A DNA stretch of 54,936 bases from Perkinsus chesapeaki ATCC PRA-425 (Eukaryota > Protista > Perkinsozoa), in contig JAAPAO010000195.1 in assembly GCA_013115145.1 (NCBI GenBank), forward strand, positions 1 through 54,936, written 5' to 3'. The translations under genes and the position numbers were made by a program. Below the pieces are notes generated by a model. That model saw only the letters and a program-made list of their open reading frames with translations. It was not told the DNA's origin and did no database searches. This document shows, piece by piece, positions 24,301-37,638 of this stretch (position 1 is the stretch's first letter; each line of letters starts with the position of its first letter).

Positions 24301-24871
24301 TTACTCGAATCTAATAATTCTACACTAGGCCAGGGATATACTGCATAATTACTGATGCATTTAATTATATATATATATATATATATTCTTCCACCAGCCT
24401 GACCCTGTCTTACTCCACTTCTACTACCTTGGCTCACGACGCACCGCTGTTCCTCAGTCCTAGCACTCCAGTGCCAGGACACATTCCCCCATATAACAGT
24501 GCATCACATCAGTGATTCTTCCCCTTTATGACTCTCCCCCCCCTCCACCGGCATTATTACCTTCAGCAGGTATGCCAGCATCCCTCACCGCCCTCTGTAT
24601 TGCCAGCGCACCGAGATCTACATAATCTATATCCTTCCTAAGACGAACAACACCATTAGCCCCTTTAATTAATTCACTTTGGAAGTTCGCAGTCGACTCT
24701 ACAAGAATCTTTCTAGCATCGCTTTTCGCGAAGTCGTGAAATCGATCTCAAAATCGGTCATTTGAACGCCCCCTCCCGATCGCAAAGTAGCAGAGGAGGG
24801 AGGACTAACCTGCCAGGCTTGATGAAGCGAGTCATGCCCACTCCTGTGACGTACACCTTCTGCTGGACCAT
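21363..24871 (-). CDS. SCP-x / SCP2-type thiolase (nonspecific lipid-transfer protein thiolase domain), multi-exon
   Basis: Spliced: [20 protein letters not shown]; [37 protein letters not shown]; [12 protein letters not shown]; [16 protein letters not shown]; [16 protein letters not shown]; [15 protein letters not shown]; [12 protein letters not shown]; [17 protein letters not shown]; [14 protein letters not shown]. The 3' end is uncertain, since 21363 assumes no further intron. Confidence 0.92.
24366..24386. repeat. (TA)n microsatellite in a thiolase intron
   Basis: About 10 TA units read directly from the sequence. Confidence 0.9.
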
Positions 24872-25293
24872 TGATAGGCAACAATTCGGCTGCTGTTGAG
24901 TAATAGACAACAAGAAAGGAGTTCAACAATTAATGAGGAAGTGACTCGACATAACGTTCAGTTCCGAAGATCAAGTAGTTCATTTTGACATGCTCACTTC
25001 ACAACTCCATTATTTACAATTACCCAATAGCCTCTAGCTTAAACTCTTATCATTAGGACACCCTCCAAGATAAACAGTTGAGGCATCACAGCATTACCCA
25101 TCAACCCAGAACGAACAAAAACACCTATAGACGGTGTTTATAGGCTTCCGGTAGACCGTTGAGATGCATGACGGTGTATAGACCGTCAATTACCTCTGAA
25201 CTGTATGTGCTGCAATACCTATAACCGAGCTAATGGCTTACTTTGCCGTCATTATTAACTAAACTAAACAATACATCTTTTGAGAAACAGTAA

Positions 25294-26620
25294 CTACTCT
25301 TCGTCGCTCGATGAGGAAAGGTCAGCGAAGGGATCGTAAGGTGTAAATTCTGGACCACAAGTAACCTAATAATCTGCTTCAACATACTCATAATGATAAC
25401 CACTACCGCCTCAGGTCGGGTCCACATAGCATACCCTGGCTCCGTTTCAAAGTATCTTACGCCATCCAGGAACGTACCATCTTGCCTTGCATCCTCGCAT
25501 GGTTCATCAAGGCGAATACCTACCCACGTACCTGACACCAAAACCTATCAAAGAGATCTATTATAACGTTTTTTATCCTGCAGCACTTGTCCTTTGACCA
25601 GGGAGACGAGCACCAGTATAGGAGTATAGCTGCCGCACCTCGATCGATTGCGCAGCCCCCCGGTCCCCCTTTGGGTACAGGTGGTTCTCTGTCTCTCCCT
25701 GCTGACCGGTGCAGGGGCGTACCATCCCCCCAGCCAACCGAGATTTGCTTGGCTGGCTCTTATGCAATCCTTACATTATAAAGCATATTATCATTATACA
25801 CTTTAATGAGCTTTATTAATATTAATCCCCGGTAGTTATCATACCGGCTCACCATAACACTACTTAATCGCCTCTTCACTCTACCACACTATATTATGAC
25901 ATTGTCGCATTGTAACCTTGTTGCCGTCACGCTCTCACCGTCCGCCAAGGCCACATGCATAACACACCTCTCCAGAGTGTCCCGCGAAAAAAACCAAAAC
26001 ACGATTTCGGACGGAATACGACTGCTACACTTTCTATTTGCAGTTCAATCCTCCTCTCCCCCCTCGCAGCACTACCTAGCCCGCAGTGATTAGGTTGGAT
26101 ATAGGCAATCTCCCCTCGACGGTCAAATGGCTCCAGTTGACATCGCATCCCTACTTTAATGCGGTCGAACGTTGCCTTAGGGGTGGCCGGACGACCTAAG
26201 ATGAACAGTCCTCTTGCTCATCGATGTGAACTTCCATAACCTCCGTATAACTGCTGCGAAGGCAGCAATGTCCCGAACGCTCGAAGGGGTTAACCTCCAT
26301 GGAAAAATGAATGGCAGCATACTCGCCAATATAGAACACCAATTAGAAGTCAGTTTCGGAATGCACCGGTTCACATGTGTTCGGTAGCGGTAGGCTCCGT
26401 TTATAAACTGAATAACTCCAAGGGCCATGAATTTTCCGGTCCATTTTGGTAGACCACACTGCAGTTCAAATGTTGATGGTAATTCATCAAGACCCCATTT
26501 CAAGGCCCCTTATCTTCATTACCATTCCCAACACGAATATCATCTCCAACATCCTCAGCCTGTCCACGAGCCATAAGAGCTGCCTTCTGAAGTTGCTCAA
26601 GCATGCTTACTGCTGCCGGG
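25294..26620 (-). CDS. C-terminal CAP-Gly domain protein (tubulin-folding cofactor B-like C-terminus)
   Basis: Spliced: IKVGMRCQLEPFDRRGEIAYIQPNHCGLGTWVGIRLDEPCEDARQDGTFLDGVRYFETEPGYAMWTRPEAVTCGPEFTPYDPFADLSSSSDEE*. The 5' exons are uncertain and I saw no ubiquitin-like domain. Confidence 0.6.
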
Positions 26621-26721
26621 GGGATATTATTAGATGGCATAGAGAGGAGTACTAGACAACTGAGACCAGAAACAACTGGACCGTCCTTATTTTATAAAGT
26701 AACCTCTCAACTTGAAGAATA

Positions 26722-27110
26722 GTACTGTATCAACTATTACTATTAATCCCATCTTTACTATTACTATTAATTCTAACTATACTATTACTATTAATTCTAA
26801 CTATACTATTACTATTAATTCTAACTATACTATTACTATTAATCCCCGCTGTACTATTACTATTAATCCCCGCTGTACTATTACTATTAATCCCCGCTGT
26901 ACTATTACTATTAATCCCATCTGNNNNNNNNNNNNNNNNNNNNNNNNNNNNNNNNNNNNNNNNNNNNNNNNNNNNNNNNNNNNNNNNNNNNNNNNNNNNN
27001 NNNNNNNNNNNNNNNNNACCGCTGTACTATTACTATTAATCCCCGCTGTACTATTACTATTAATCCCCGCTGTACTATTACTATTAATCCCGCTGTACTA
27101 TTACTATAGT
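26722..27110. repeat. 24-bp AT-rich minisatellite with N gap (26924-27017)
   Basis: Units tactattactattaattctaacta (3 copies) then tactattactattaatccccgctg. These produce the spurious TITINSNY/TITINPRC ORF. Confidence 0.95.
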
Positions 27111-30100
27111 AGTTAATACGATTAATGTGGACTATATATTTTTAAGATCTCGCTCTATATATAGGATGAACTGATTATCGCCTTCCTCCATCGTAAGCCG
27201 CCAATAACACTATATACAGTGTAACCATCGCACTGTGTATGACGTAAACGCTATAGTGCTTAGCCGCCATAAATGCAGCATAATATCTTCCCTTATATGC
27301 TCTAATAGGCTCTATGTAAGAAGCTCCTAACAGTGGTAATAATTCCTTTGGTCGTAAAGGACTCCTTAGAAGTTGATATTCTAAGTGCATTCCGCAAGTC
27401 ATAGCGGTACAAGGGGCCCTACAATAAGGATGATCCAAAGCCTCTAGCAGACACCTAAGCTTGTTCTACCCCACCTCAGCGATGCCCCAACGCTCTAGGA
27501 AATTTACGGTCCCGACTGAAAACTAACTCAATCCCAGTTGTAACGGTTTCCATATGCGCGTGCGTGCAAGAGCCGGCTCAAAGCCTGTCACTCTCGTCTT
27601 AGCCACCCTATCCTCGATGTGTTGAAAGCGACCTCAAATGAGTCTTTCTAAACTGTTAGCGATCCCAGAATCGGCGCTGTAAATTGGGACTCACCCCTCA
27701 AATAGGTACGTGACGCGCAGGGTCTCACGTCACCAGATTGGTGTCACCGCCGCGTTTATTGCTCCCGAGCAAAGTATTCACTACTAGTCGGGTTTCGGCC
27801 TCCCTTGCGGAAGTCTTGGTCTGGAATATAAGACTAATTATGATAGATGTATTAATAATCTATCTTATAATCTTGGAAGACTCATCTCGGGAAGGTATCC
27901 ATATTAAAGGAGATTCTAACGCAAATTCCAAGTATTTTTCAATGCATCGAAGCTCTTCGATTACGCTGAAGTCGCGGGTTCGATTCCGGGATGGGATATT
28001 AAAGGATAGTGGGAACTATTATACCATGAACTCTTTCATATCTTTCACTTAGGTATCGACATCCACATACAAACCTGCATATCTTAGAGCTCCGCTGTGC
28101 TAGATTCTCAGAGGTTCGTCCCGGCCTCCACAGGACTGTCTCCTTTTTTTGTGGCTAGTGTTGAGCGCACAATCGCCTATATGATTTTTCACATTGAGTT
28201 CATTAGTTGAATTGTTAAATTCTTCCTTATTCTTTACCTTATCATATTTAGATTTTCCCGCCTTTTTGTGTCCTACTTCGAAATCTTTACTTTGTTGATC
28301 TCCTTGGGCGTTATATATTCCATAACACGCTGCGCGTTCGACTCTCATGGATTCCCCATAGTTTTCTAATAATATTAATTCCAATTTCTCATGACGGATT
28401 TCTGCCCACCTTTAATCATACCGACTTCTTCTCGCGATGCTGCAGACCCGGAATATAAGGATTTGCGTCACCACACTCTAACGATTACATTACCAGACAG
28501 GAAAGCAGCTTCTAAAACGGTCTTCTCAGAAGGCGATGAGACCCGATCAAGTACGGTAGTACGCAATCTCGGCGATCTTTCGACTTTGTTTATCTTAGGC
28601 GTTACGAGGAGCTCCAGCGCCGATTATGAGTGGGCGAACTCGGATCCGCCGATTCAACGGCCGGCTAATTTCCCAACTAACAAGCTTTTCCTACCGGTTG
28701 AGGTAATTGTATGAAGAGCTCGTGTATTGACCTTTGGCGTATCTTGCAAGGTTCGACCTCGTAGAGGTTGCCTATGTAATCAAGTCCTTACCAACGCCGA
28801 AGCTCCTAGCCCGTACAGTGCGGAGAGTTGCGAAATCGACGCTAATGAGGGTGAAGCTGCGTCCCCCTTTGATTGGGAGAAGTTCGAGATTATTGATAGA
28901 TTCAGGTGAGAAGAGGGAGGTCGAGCGTTGGCTTCCCCCAGTGAACAGCTTGAAAATGAATTTGAATAGTTTAAAACCGGTAGGCGAGTTAATATGGTAG
29001 CGTTGAAGCCTTAGTTTTTAATATCTCACTGTGGATGGTTTCAAATAGCTGTGGGTTTATGCTGCTTGAGGGTTTCTCTTGTCAGATTTGATGGGTTGAG
29101 TGTCTGTAAAGCCAGTGGGCAACATATTGTAATTGGCGGTGACACACGGCGCCTAATTAATTCTCAGAGTGAACGTTACAGGGTGAGTATCTTTCCGCTA
29201 TCCAAGAAAGATTCCGAATAGGTTGGTATATTGAGCTCCTCTTCTCCTTCAGGAAGAGACCGATGCTTATCGTTCATTCTGGGACCCTTCAAATTATCAA
29301 GCATGGCGTAACAGATGCACAGAAACACGCCGTCGAAGTATGAGGAGTTCCTCTTCCTCAAATAAAATTAGGCCCTGGCCTAATGCGCTGAGGGCGCCCG
29401 AGAGGAGGGCCACAACCAACTGTAATATAAAGGGAAGGAATGGCGGAGAAATTGGTGTGCATGGTTCGTTGAATAGAAGTAGTTATAAGAATTTTACTAA
29501 TAAATAGATGGTCGACAAAGGGTTACCATGGAGTTTCCGAGCTTTGAGGAGCGATTCTTTTGTGAGCAAATCGTTGGTGATTGTGACCCTAAGTGTCCCG
29601 ATCGATTGTGTACGTGTCTCGGTATTAGATACTTATAAAAGCAGAGCATATGTTTCTTGGAAGGATTGGCTTAGGCAGAACGCCTCTGATAAGAAGGGTT
29701 GCAATCCTTCAATGGCCGATGGCATTCGTATTAAGCCCCATATGAAGTATTCCGATTACCATATGTAATCGATCCCCCAGCAGAATGGTGTTACTAATTC
29801 TCACTCGATAATGATTCTATATATCTGTCAGTGTCTATCGAGCCGCTGTCAATCAAGCTGTAATTTTGTCCTCGTCGGAATTCCCCTTAGTAATAGCGAT
29901 TACTTCCTTCTTTTCTCGTATCATACGGAACCTATAAGGATAAACTCGGAGGCCAGCGTTCGCTGGCATATAGACTAATGTACTTAGACTGTTTTAATGA
30001 ATTTCTTAGATTGTCATAATGACTATGTATTGTCACGGGATACCTGTGTGTTGCCCCGGCGAAGATGATAATGCGGAAAAGTCCTGAGGTATCTCTGTTT

Positions 30101-30921
30101 GAACAACTGTTGATCGATCTCCTAGAGCACTCGGCATTCGGCGTATATTAGCCATGCCACGCTCCTTGGATTTTGTATGTACCAGAGTTAGTATACCCGA
30201 TTTCTATTCTACTTTGTTGGTCTTGAGTTGTGTCATCACCAGCGGCGGGAGCAGCTTTCCTTTTTACCTTGGTCAGGGTTATTGATCAAGAGAAGGGTAT
30301 TGGCGAGATGGTTTCTGGGACCGACGAAATATTGTGTTGAAGTTGTCATTTAGCGGAGCTTATGCTGTCTAGAGAGAACCTTGTCATTTTTAGCCTCAAG
30401 CCGCCGCAGTGCGATCTCATAGTGGCGGTAATAAGTCGGTGACATCAGTGAGCTGGAGAAGTCAGATTCCGTCGAGATGATGAATTAGGACAATCTATGG
30501 AAGTCAAAACAACTAATACTAAGTCTACTAATACTACTCTAATCTATAGAGTACATTACTCTATATGCCAGCCAGGACTGGCTTACTAAGTCTTCTGACC
30601 GTTGGTCGGAAGGAGTAGTAAGTTTGTGGTACTACAGGTGAGGATTCCATACGGCGATCTCCGCTAAAACTGTGGGGTCATCTACGGCTCAGTAAAGTGC
30701 GTGTTCTGCTATCATCGATGGAGCTCTTCTTTGAGGGAGGCTTCTTAAGCCACTGTTATCTTCCGTTGTGTCGAGGCTCAGATCTCTATTAGGGAATTTG
30801 ATTTATTTTCATGGGGGGCAGTGCACCGTCGGAAAGTCCACGGCCACATGCAAGCGAAGATGATATGAAAAGGACGCATGCGAGGTGTTTGGCCGAGCTT
30901 TTGCGAGGTTGTTAGGGCTGT

Positions 30922-32407
30922 TTGATTAGATACATACACGGCCTTATTGCGGAACCAAGCGACCCTTTCAAGGCCGCCAAAGAAGCTGCTATATCTGTCG
31001 CTCGGGGGAGCGGGTCCCAAACTGTGGAGGAAGTATTGGCGCTCAGTGATGACTCATTTCTGTTGCCATCGGACTCGGCTATTGGTAATAACAGGCTTGG
31101 AGAGTCGGGACGTAAAACACATCACATCTTTTACGGGTGTCGTTTAATTTGGAGGACCTACGAGAGACACTGACTCAGATGGTCTTAACACCTCGTGGCT
31201 TGGAAATTTCGTTGACTTACTTTGGGATGTGATATGGGAGGACGTTGATCCTAAAGGGCGCTTGCGGTTCAGAATATCTGATTCCGAGGCTCCGAGAATC
31301 ATTGATATCTTTGGGGGCTGTGAAGCTTGTTTGGTCAGGCGAACTAGTGCACTTTATTAAAACAAAGGAAGAGCCTCCTACCATTGAAGAGTTGTGGAGC
31401 GATGAAGCATTACTACGCATAACCTGCTGCAACATATTCACAGCTTCTTTGCTGTTTAACTATTTGAATTCGAAGGGAGCATACATTGGCGCTCTTCTCG
31501 AGAAAGTCAAGGCGGCTGCAGCAGCCACGTCAACGGCAGAATGGGCGACGCCGATGGTCGAGCATATAAAGGGGCTTCTTGATTCTACCACTCTGAGGAA
31601 TGTGGATAAGAATTATTGCGGCTTCTTTGTCTGCACTCTGTCTATCATAGACAGGCTTGGAGAAGAGGAAATGGTAATAACAGTCGGTATGTAGCGGCCA
31701 ACTTCAAGCGGGATGTTGTGATTGCTGCCGACTCCTGGATTTCAGGGGGTGGTGCTGAGCGGGCTGGCTTGTCTTCCGAAGCCTGTGAGGAGGATCGTTG
31801 CTCGTCAGCTAGTGGAGAGGACTGGCAGTCTGGCGGAACTAACAGCACGTTTGGAAATGCTCAGAGAGTTCATTACTTTGTAAGAGGTCGTCTGATGCCC
31901 CTGGTTAGTTGTTGGCTCTTAGGTTGGCGGTTGAAAGACTAGGACAACTGGGTCTGGATACTCTTCAAATAGATACATGTGAGACAGTGGAATGGCTTGA
32001 GTGGCTCGACTGTCGAGCCATTCGGCATAGCTGGACTTCCTATTCCCTACCTCAGTGCCACTGCGCTCCCGGCCATGGATGACGTTTGTCTCACAGTGCA
32101 GAAAGCCTATCAAGGGCGCCCTCGAAATCATTGGGGTAATGAAGTCTACCGTGTGTGCGGGGGATACTTTTCTACTTGTAATACAAATGCAAGCTCCGCC
32201 GTATTGCGAGTTGTCCATGAATCTGTCCGTGCTAGACTTTCATTTTTCAATTTTCGATGGGACTTCGTCCCGTTAAGCCAGACAGCCTCGAGCAGTGGGG
32301 TTTATGTGATCTCTAAGGAGTGGGTACTTAAAGTACCGTACTTTCGAAACTCCAAGGCGGTGGGGGCAATCAAGCCTTTGCACCATGATCTCTCGCTCTC
32401 CGGTTGA
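30922..32407 (+). pseudogene. Fragmented hypothetical protein gene (long ORF pieces separated by stops)
   Basis: ORFs of 83, 149 and 142 aa in series on one strand. The last contains ASSSGVYVISKEWVLKV, weakly resembling kinase subdomains I-II. No clean splice model. Confidence 0.3.
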
Positions 32408-33355
32408 AGAGCTCCGAAGTCTATTCCCTCGCTCACAACGTCCGAGTTAGATTGTGTAAGTTACTACAATCTAATTAATACCGATGGATATGTCCATGTC
32501 ACTCTGTGCGACTGGAGTGGTCACTTACTGCGCCTTTGAGATACCGCAGGTGTTTCAAACACCGTGTTTGTAGATTTTAGATTCAAATCCAAGATTCAAA
32601 TTTGTCTTCTATAATTGAATCATCCGCCAAAGAGGACTGCAAGTCTCTTCGGTGTTTGTCAACCAGAACGACTTACAGACTGAGGACTTGTGGAGAGCCT
32701 TAAGCACTAAACGATGTTTAGAGTCACCGTTGGCGGATCATCAATGGCGAGTCGCCAAACGACGGCCGTCTGGTCTATCTCGACCATACATATATTAACT
32801 AGGATTGCTTAACGGGCAGCGACTCAATTTCACGCTACCAAAAGTGCTGTAGATGATTGCCGGTTCAAAGCCAGTAATCGTGTAAACGTGGTTTTAAATC
32901 CAGTGGTTTTAAATGCTCATGAACACCGACAGTGTAATAAGGAGCTATACTGTCAAGGCGTTTCTTGTTTAACCAAAGAGCATGGCTGGAGAATGTCGGT
33001 GCCAGCGTACATGTTATATGCTGTAGTAAAAAAATTCAGGCAACTCGGTGAGACCTATCAGTAAGACCCTCGAGCCTAAAACCCGTGGCTCCAGGGACGT
33101 GGGGTGAATTTGATGATCTTTTGCGATTGTTGAACATGGCTACTGATCAGGCGATCTGGAAGGCTAGCAGTACTCTTCCGCCGTCGTCGGTAAGGGCTGG
33201 GGCTGTCGTCGGCGAATCCAAGCAGCTAATTGCGCAGACTTCGCTTATTTACCCGGCGAAACAACTAGACTCGTGCCATGGACCTCTCGCGATTTGTTCC
33301 ATGATGGTCCCCTCTTTCTCAGAGCATCCCAGACGCGGAATTCTACAATGATGCT

Positions 33356-33646
33356 TTAAGCCAAACTGACGCTTTGCTGCGTCACGAAGCCACGTGAGAC
33401 TGGGACACTGTTTAGGGCTATGTGTGGTTTTATGGATACGTCTTCCTTCGGGAGGATAATGTCATAAGCGTATTCGTAATGCTGATTGGTATCTTTTTCG
33501 GAGGTAGCATTATCTACGGAAAACGAGAGCTCTTTGAATGGGGCATTCGTAATCCTGCATGAAATTGACTCTGTCACTTCAATTCTGATGTGAAGCTTGG
33601 AATTTAGTGCATGTATGGTTAGGAGCTGGATAGTGAATAGCCGCAT
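33356..33646 (-). CDS. Possible small secreted protein (96 aa)
   Basis: ATG-initiated single ORF with a hydrophobic start (MRLFTIQLLTIHALNSK), head-to-head with the HECT gene. No domain recognised. Confidence 0.35.
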   Translation of the reverse strand: MRLFTIQLLTIHALNSKLHIRIEVTESISCRITNAPFKELSFSVDNATSEKDTNQHYEYAYDIILPKEDVSIKPHIALNSVPVSRGFVTQQSVSLA

Positions 33647-33672
33647 TTACGCTTTTCGGGAACTAACTCGTA

Positions 33673-36600
33673 ATGGAGGCCATGCTTCGAGCTCATCGTC
33701 GTCACCCGAACCAAGGCGAGGTCAGGGTGAGTCAGTCTGATTATCTATGCCTGCCTGGATTCTGCGCCAGGTGCCCTTCCGAGCGATGGAAGCGTGTCCT
33801 CCTCGCCTAGCAGCTCTGAGGCTTCGGCCATATTGCGAAGTCACGACCCGCATGGCAGTGCTTCCCAGGGCCGTCGTCGCCGTAAGCGCGCCAGGACCTG
33901 TTCTTCGCAACCTAATCCGCTTCAGCTCGGCCCGGTGCGGATAGTGTAACCGATCCAACAGCCCCGGGATACAGAGTGGAGAGGCACATGAAGCAGCTAG
34001 CCGACTCCGGTGTGCTCGCAACTGCTCCGTGTGTTCTGGATGTCGGAGCGCGAGTGGGTCGGTAGCCAGTCCCATTCGGTATCGCATCAAAGTCAGGTTC
34101 GTGTGCTGAGGCTCGAGTCAGAGCATCATGCCCGCCAAATCTCACAGGAGCACGCATTTATGAGGGTACCAGAGAGAGCTATCAGGGTAGCGAGGAGTGT
34201 TTTATAGGCTCAGTCGTCTGGCATGGTTCTTCCCGGTGGCCGAATACTTGTGATGGCTCAAGACATGTTTACAATTCTACGGGTTCGGAGGGACCACCTG
34301 GTGAGTGTTGCACATATCATCTTGAGCTACGCCGCTCACTCGACTATGGCCTGTTGGCATGAAAAGGGCTACATATGCGACTTCCTAATAGGAAGTTCCT
34401 ACCCTCGAGCTTTCTCCGCACTATATGCTTCGAATGGCAGCAATCATATTGCAGTAGATGACTCAGTGAAACTTAATAGCTTCCCTTTCATACGGACACG
34501 AATAAATGGCCGAAGTTGATGTCGTTACATCACACGTTATACACGTTATACGGGTTGGGCTGGAATCGACATTAAATACCATTGCTATAACATCTACAGG
34601 GCTAAGGATAGTACAATACTCGAAAATCAGGACTTGATTTGCCTCTGAACTCGAGTTATGCGCAGAACACCGTTTATGATAAGAATGTGTGGAGCAGTGT
34701 ATTTCTCACTTGTCCGTAGAGCGTATCTTGTGCTTTTCCTCGATCAGCTGTTAACTTTTTTCATCTCAGTTGGAGGATTCTCTGAGGCAGCTAGCGGGGT
34801 TCGGTGCAGATGAGCTGAAGCGAGTCCTGAAAGTAGAAGAGCAGGTTGTTGCTTCATCACACCACAGTTCGAGCTAAAGGTCCAGTTTGAAGGAGAACAG
34901 GGCGTTGACGAAGGTGGAGTTCAGAAGGAGTTCTTCCTGCTCTTGGTTCAGGAGGTAGGGAAGGGTCTTTGAAAATGGAACATATTTTTCATCTGAAGTT
35001 CATTTAATAGCCTTACTTGTTTATGTAATATAATAGTTAGACTAGTTTGACTTGGGGTTTTTTCACGATTTATTTCCTTCGATATCTTGATGAAATACTT
35101 ATGGTTTAAAAAATGGTTATAATAGCTAACAGTATCGTGTTGGGTTATAATTTTACATTATAAAGCATTAAATATAACTTGTACGATAGCATTTAATCTC
35201 AGTAGATGTCAACGGTGTGATGATGATTTAAGCCAGAGCTGTACTGTCTTTCTCTTAGATGTACGACGAAAACTATGCCATGTTTGAGTACAATAAAGAA
35301 ACGAGAACATTTTGGTTCTCCAACAAGTGCTTGGAGAGTAATCTCCAGTATGAGCTCTTCGGCATAGTCCTGGGCCTGGCAATCTATAGCGGAGTAAGTG
35401 CATGACATTCGAACGCCAGGGAGGGCAGTGGGAGACTTCGTTCGCTTCGACTGCTCCTGCTCGTGAGAAGGAGTTTCTTCAAGACTGCCGACCAGACTCG
35501 ATTCAATCGATAGGGCATCGGCAACATTAAATGCCCCCATGCCAGGGCATTGGCTATGTCCTCTTGCACTTGAAACACTGTAGCATTCCTACCGCCAAGG
35601 AGAGCAGCACCAATGTTCATTTGCTCTCCTAATCACTGATAGCATGTAGGGACTCTTAACCCACGCCTGCCCGCCGACAGACCTCACTCTGACCGGTAGT
35701 TCCTCGGGAACATCTAATGCCCGCGTCCGATATGTTTCGGCTCTTCGACTGGGAACATATTTCCTGTAAAGCATCTAACCTGTGAATTTGTGATGTTTTG
35801 ATCCCCGGCGGGGAGTATGAGGCTGGATGGCTCCCTAGTTTCCCTGGAGTATTTTCATACCTTGTCCTCTTTCTTTGCTTTGATCCTTCGCACTTGCAGG
35901 TGATTCTGGATATCAATTTTCCCTTGATAGTGTACAGGAAGCTCCTGTCAGCAGACAAGGAAGGTCGAATAGACAAACCCAGTCTGGACATGATTGAGAG
36001 AGAATTCGACCCGGAGTTCGCTCAGGGGTTGAGGAAGGTTTGAAGCATATCATTAGTCTTTGGTGGTGGCAGACGATCTTCTCAGTTCCTAAATTTCTCC
36101 GGCGATATCGAGGCTACGTTCAGCTTCACTATGTCCACCGATTACGAGTAATGGTGGGACGCCGATTTTCGGCAGCGCCGCGATGTGAACTCGTTTGAAG
36201 GTTGCCACACTCTCTTCCGTCTCTTCATGGGAACCGTTACAAAAGAAAAACTAAAATTAAGCGTTTCTCCCCTGGGAGCACTTGCTCTCCCCAAAACTAC
36301 ACTCTCCCGTCTAGATACTTTGGCGAGCGAGTTGTTGTTGACTTGATCCCGAATGGCCGTAACATCGCCGTCACGAATGCCAATCGATATGAGTATGCCG
36401 AGAAGTAATAGTCTTAAAGTTTCGTGAGAATTATTGAAGCTACTTTTCCTGATAGAATAATCGACTGGAAAATTAACGCCTCCATCGCCCGACAGTTCTG
36501 GGCCTTCAAGCGTGGCTTTGATAAGTGTGTAAGTCCGCGGGGAACTAGGCAAACTGGCGAAGTCGGAGTGTCTGGTGGCAGATAGGGCAGTCGGCTCTCT

Positions 36601-37638
36601 TTCAACGCCTCTTCAAGACTCCGACTGATCTAGAGCTGCTCATTTGTGGCACCAAAGAGCTGGACTTCGAAGCTTTGAGAACTAACACCATCTACGATGA
36701 TGGCTTCACGAAGGACTCGCCTGTCATTCGGTACGTGGTCGTGAAGGCCAGTCGGTCGAGTGGCGCTCAGGTGGTTCTGGGAGGCAATGCTGTCGCCGAT
36801 GTGCACCGAGCAGGACAAGTCTAAGCTGCTGCTCTTCATCACAGGTGAGACGGTAGAATCGGAAACTGTTTCGTGATTCTTCTTGTTCGCCGTTGAGCGT
36901 CTTTGAAGCCTGCGAATTTGATGGGAATCTTTGAAGCTCGTCTGATGCACGCTTGCATATTTTTCCTTGGTATATGTGTGGGAAGTCTCGCTTGTCTCGG
37001 CAGGTAGCAGCAGAGCTCCTCCCAACGGTTTGAACTCTGTCGAGTCGAAGATAACGATATCTAGAATGGGACCGGATTCGGACAGGCTACCGCAAGTAGG
37101 CCCTGCCACCGAGGGTTGTGTTCGAGGAAGACGAAGCGCGATGATGATATTGTGCTTGCATTGGAAAACCGCGTTTTATATGTGACGCAGGAATATCGAA
37201 CAAGTTCTCATTGGGGGCGTGCATCAGAGGTGTAATGTTGAGAACACGACTTGTAGGAACATCTTTCCTTGAACCCTTCACATACCTTCAACATTTAATC
37301 TCTCGTCATTGCTTTTCTGAACAACGAGAATGCGGCAGAAAAGAGCAGCCGCTGTGACACTAAGGCCGACGCCAGGAAGTGAAAACTCAAAGAGCTAACT
37401 TGAGCCCAGCAATTGTGTGCCTAGTTACTACTTGGGTGTGAATCTGACAATACTGTGAATCTCTTAAGTAGCTACCAAACTTTCAGGTCTATCTTTAGTT
37501 AAACGTGATTGCATGAAGTTCCCTCAGGCCCACACCTGCTTCAACCACCTTCTCCTGCCGGAGTACTCATCCGAGGAGAAGCTCCGTAAAATGATCAAAC
37601 TAGCAATCGAGAACTGTACCGGTTTCGGCCTCATATGA
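33673..37638 (+). CDS. HECT-domain E3 ubiquitin ligase, multi-exon
   Basis: Spliced: [16 protein letters not shown]...[21 protein letters not shown]; [31 protein letters not shown]; LELLICG; VIRWFWE; LLLFITGSSRAPP; [41 protein letters not shown]. The catalytic HTCF Cys is present. The 5' start is tentative. Confidence 0.92.

Noticed and set aside
26712-27116. TITINPRC repeat ORF
   Set aside because: Translation of a 24-bp minisatellite spanning a gap, with a non-ATG start.
27977-27990. ggttcgattcc T-loop/B-box-like motif (also ggttcgaaccc at about 48120)
   Set aside because: The flanks do not form a T-stem or cloverleaf, so no tRNA is called.
34254-34263. tggctcaag resembling the 3' end of the dinoflagellate/Perkinsus spliced leader
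   Set aside because: Only 9 nt match and it lies inside a HECT exon, so it is expected by chance.
37140-37320. ATGATGA ... CTGA in a long HECT intron as a possible C/D snoRNA
   Set aside because: The boxes are about 180 nt apart with no terminal stem or recognisable guide.
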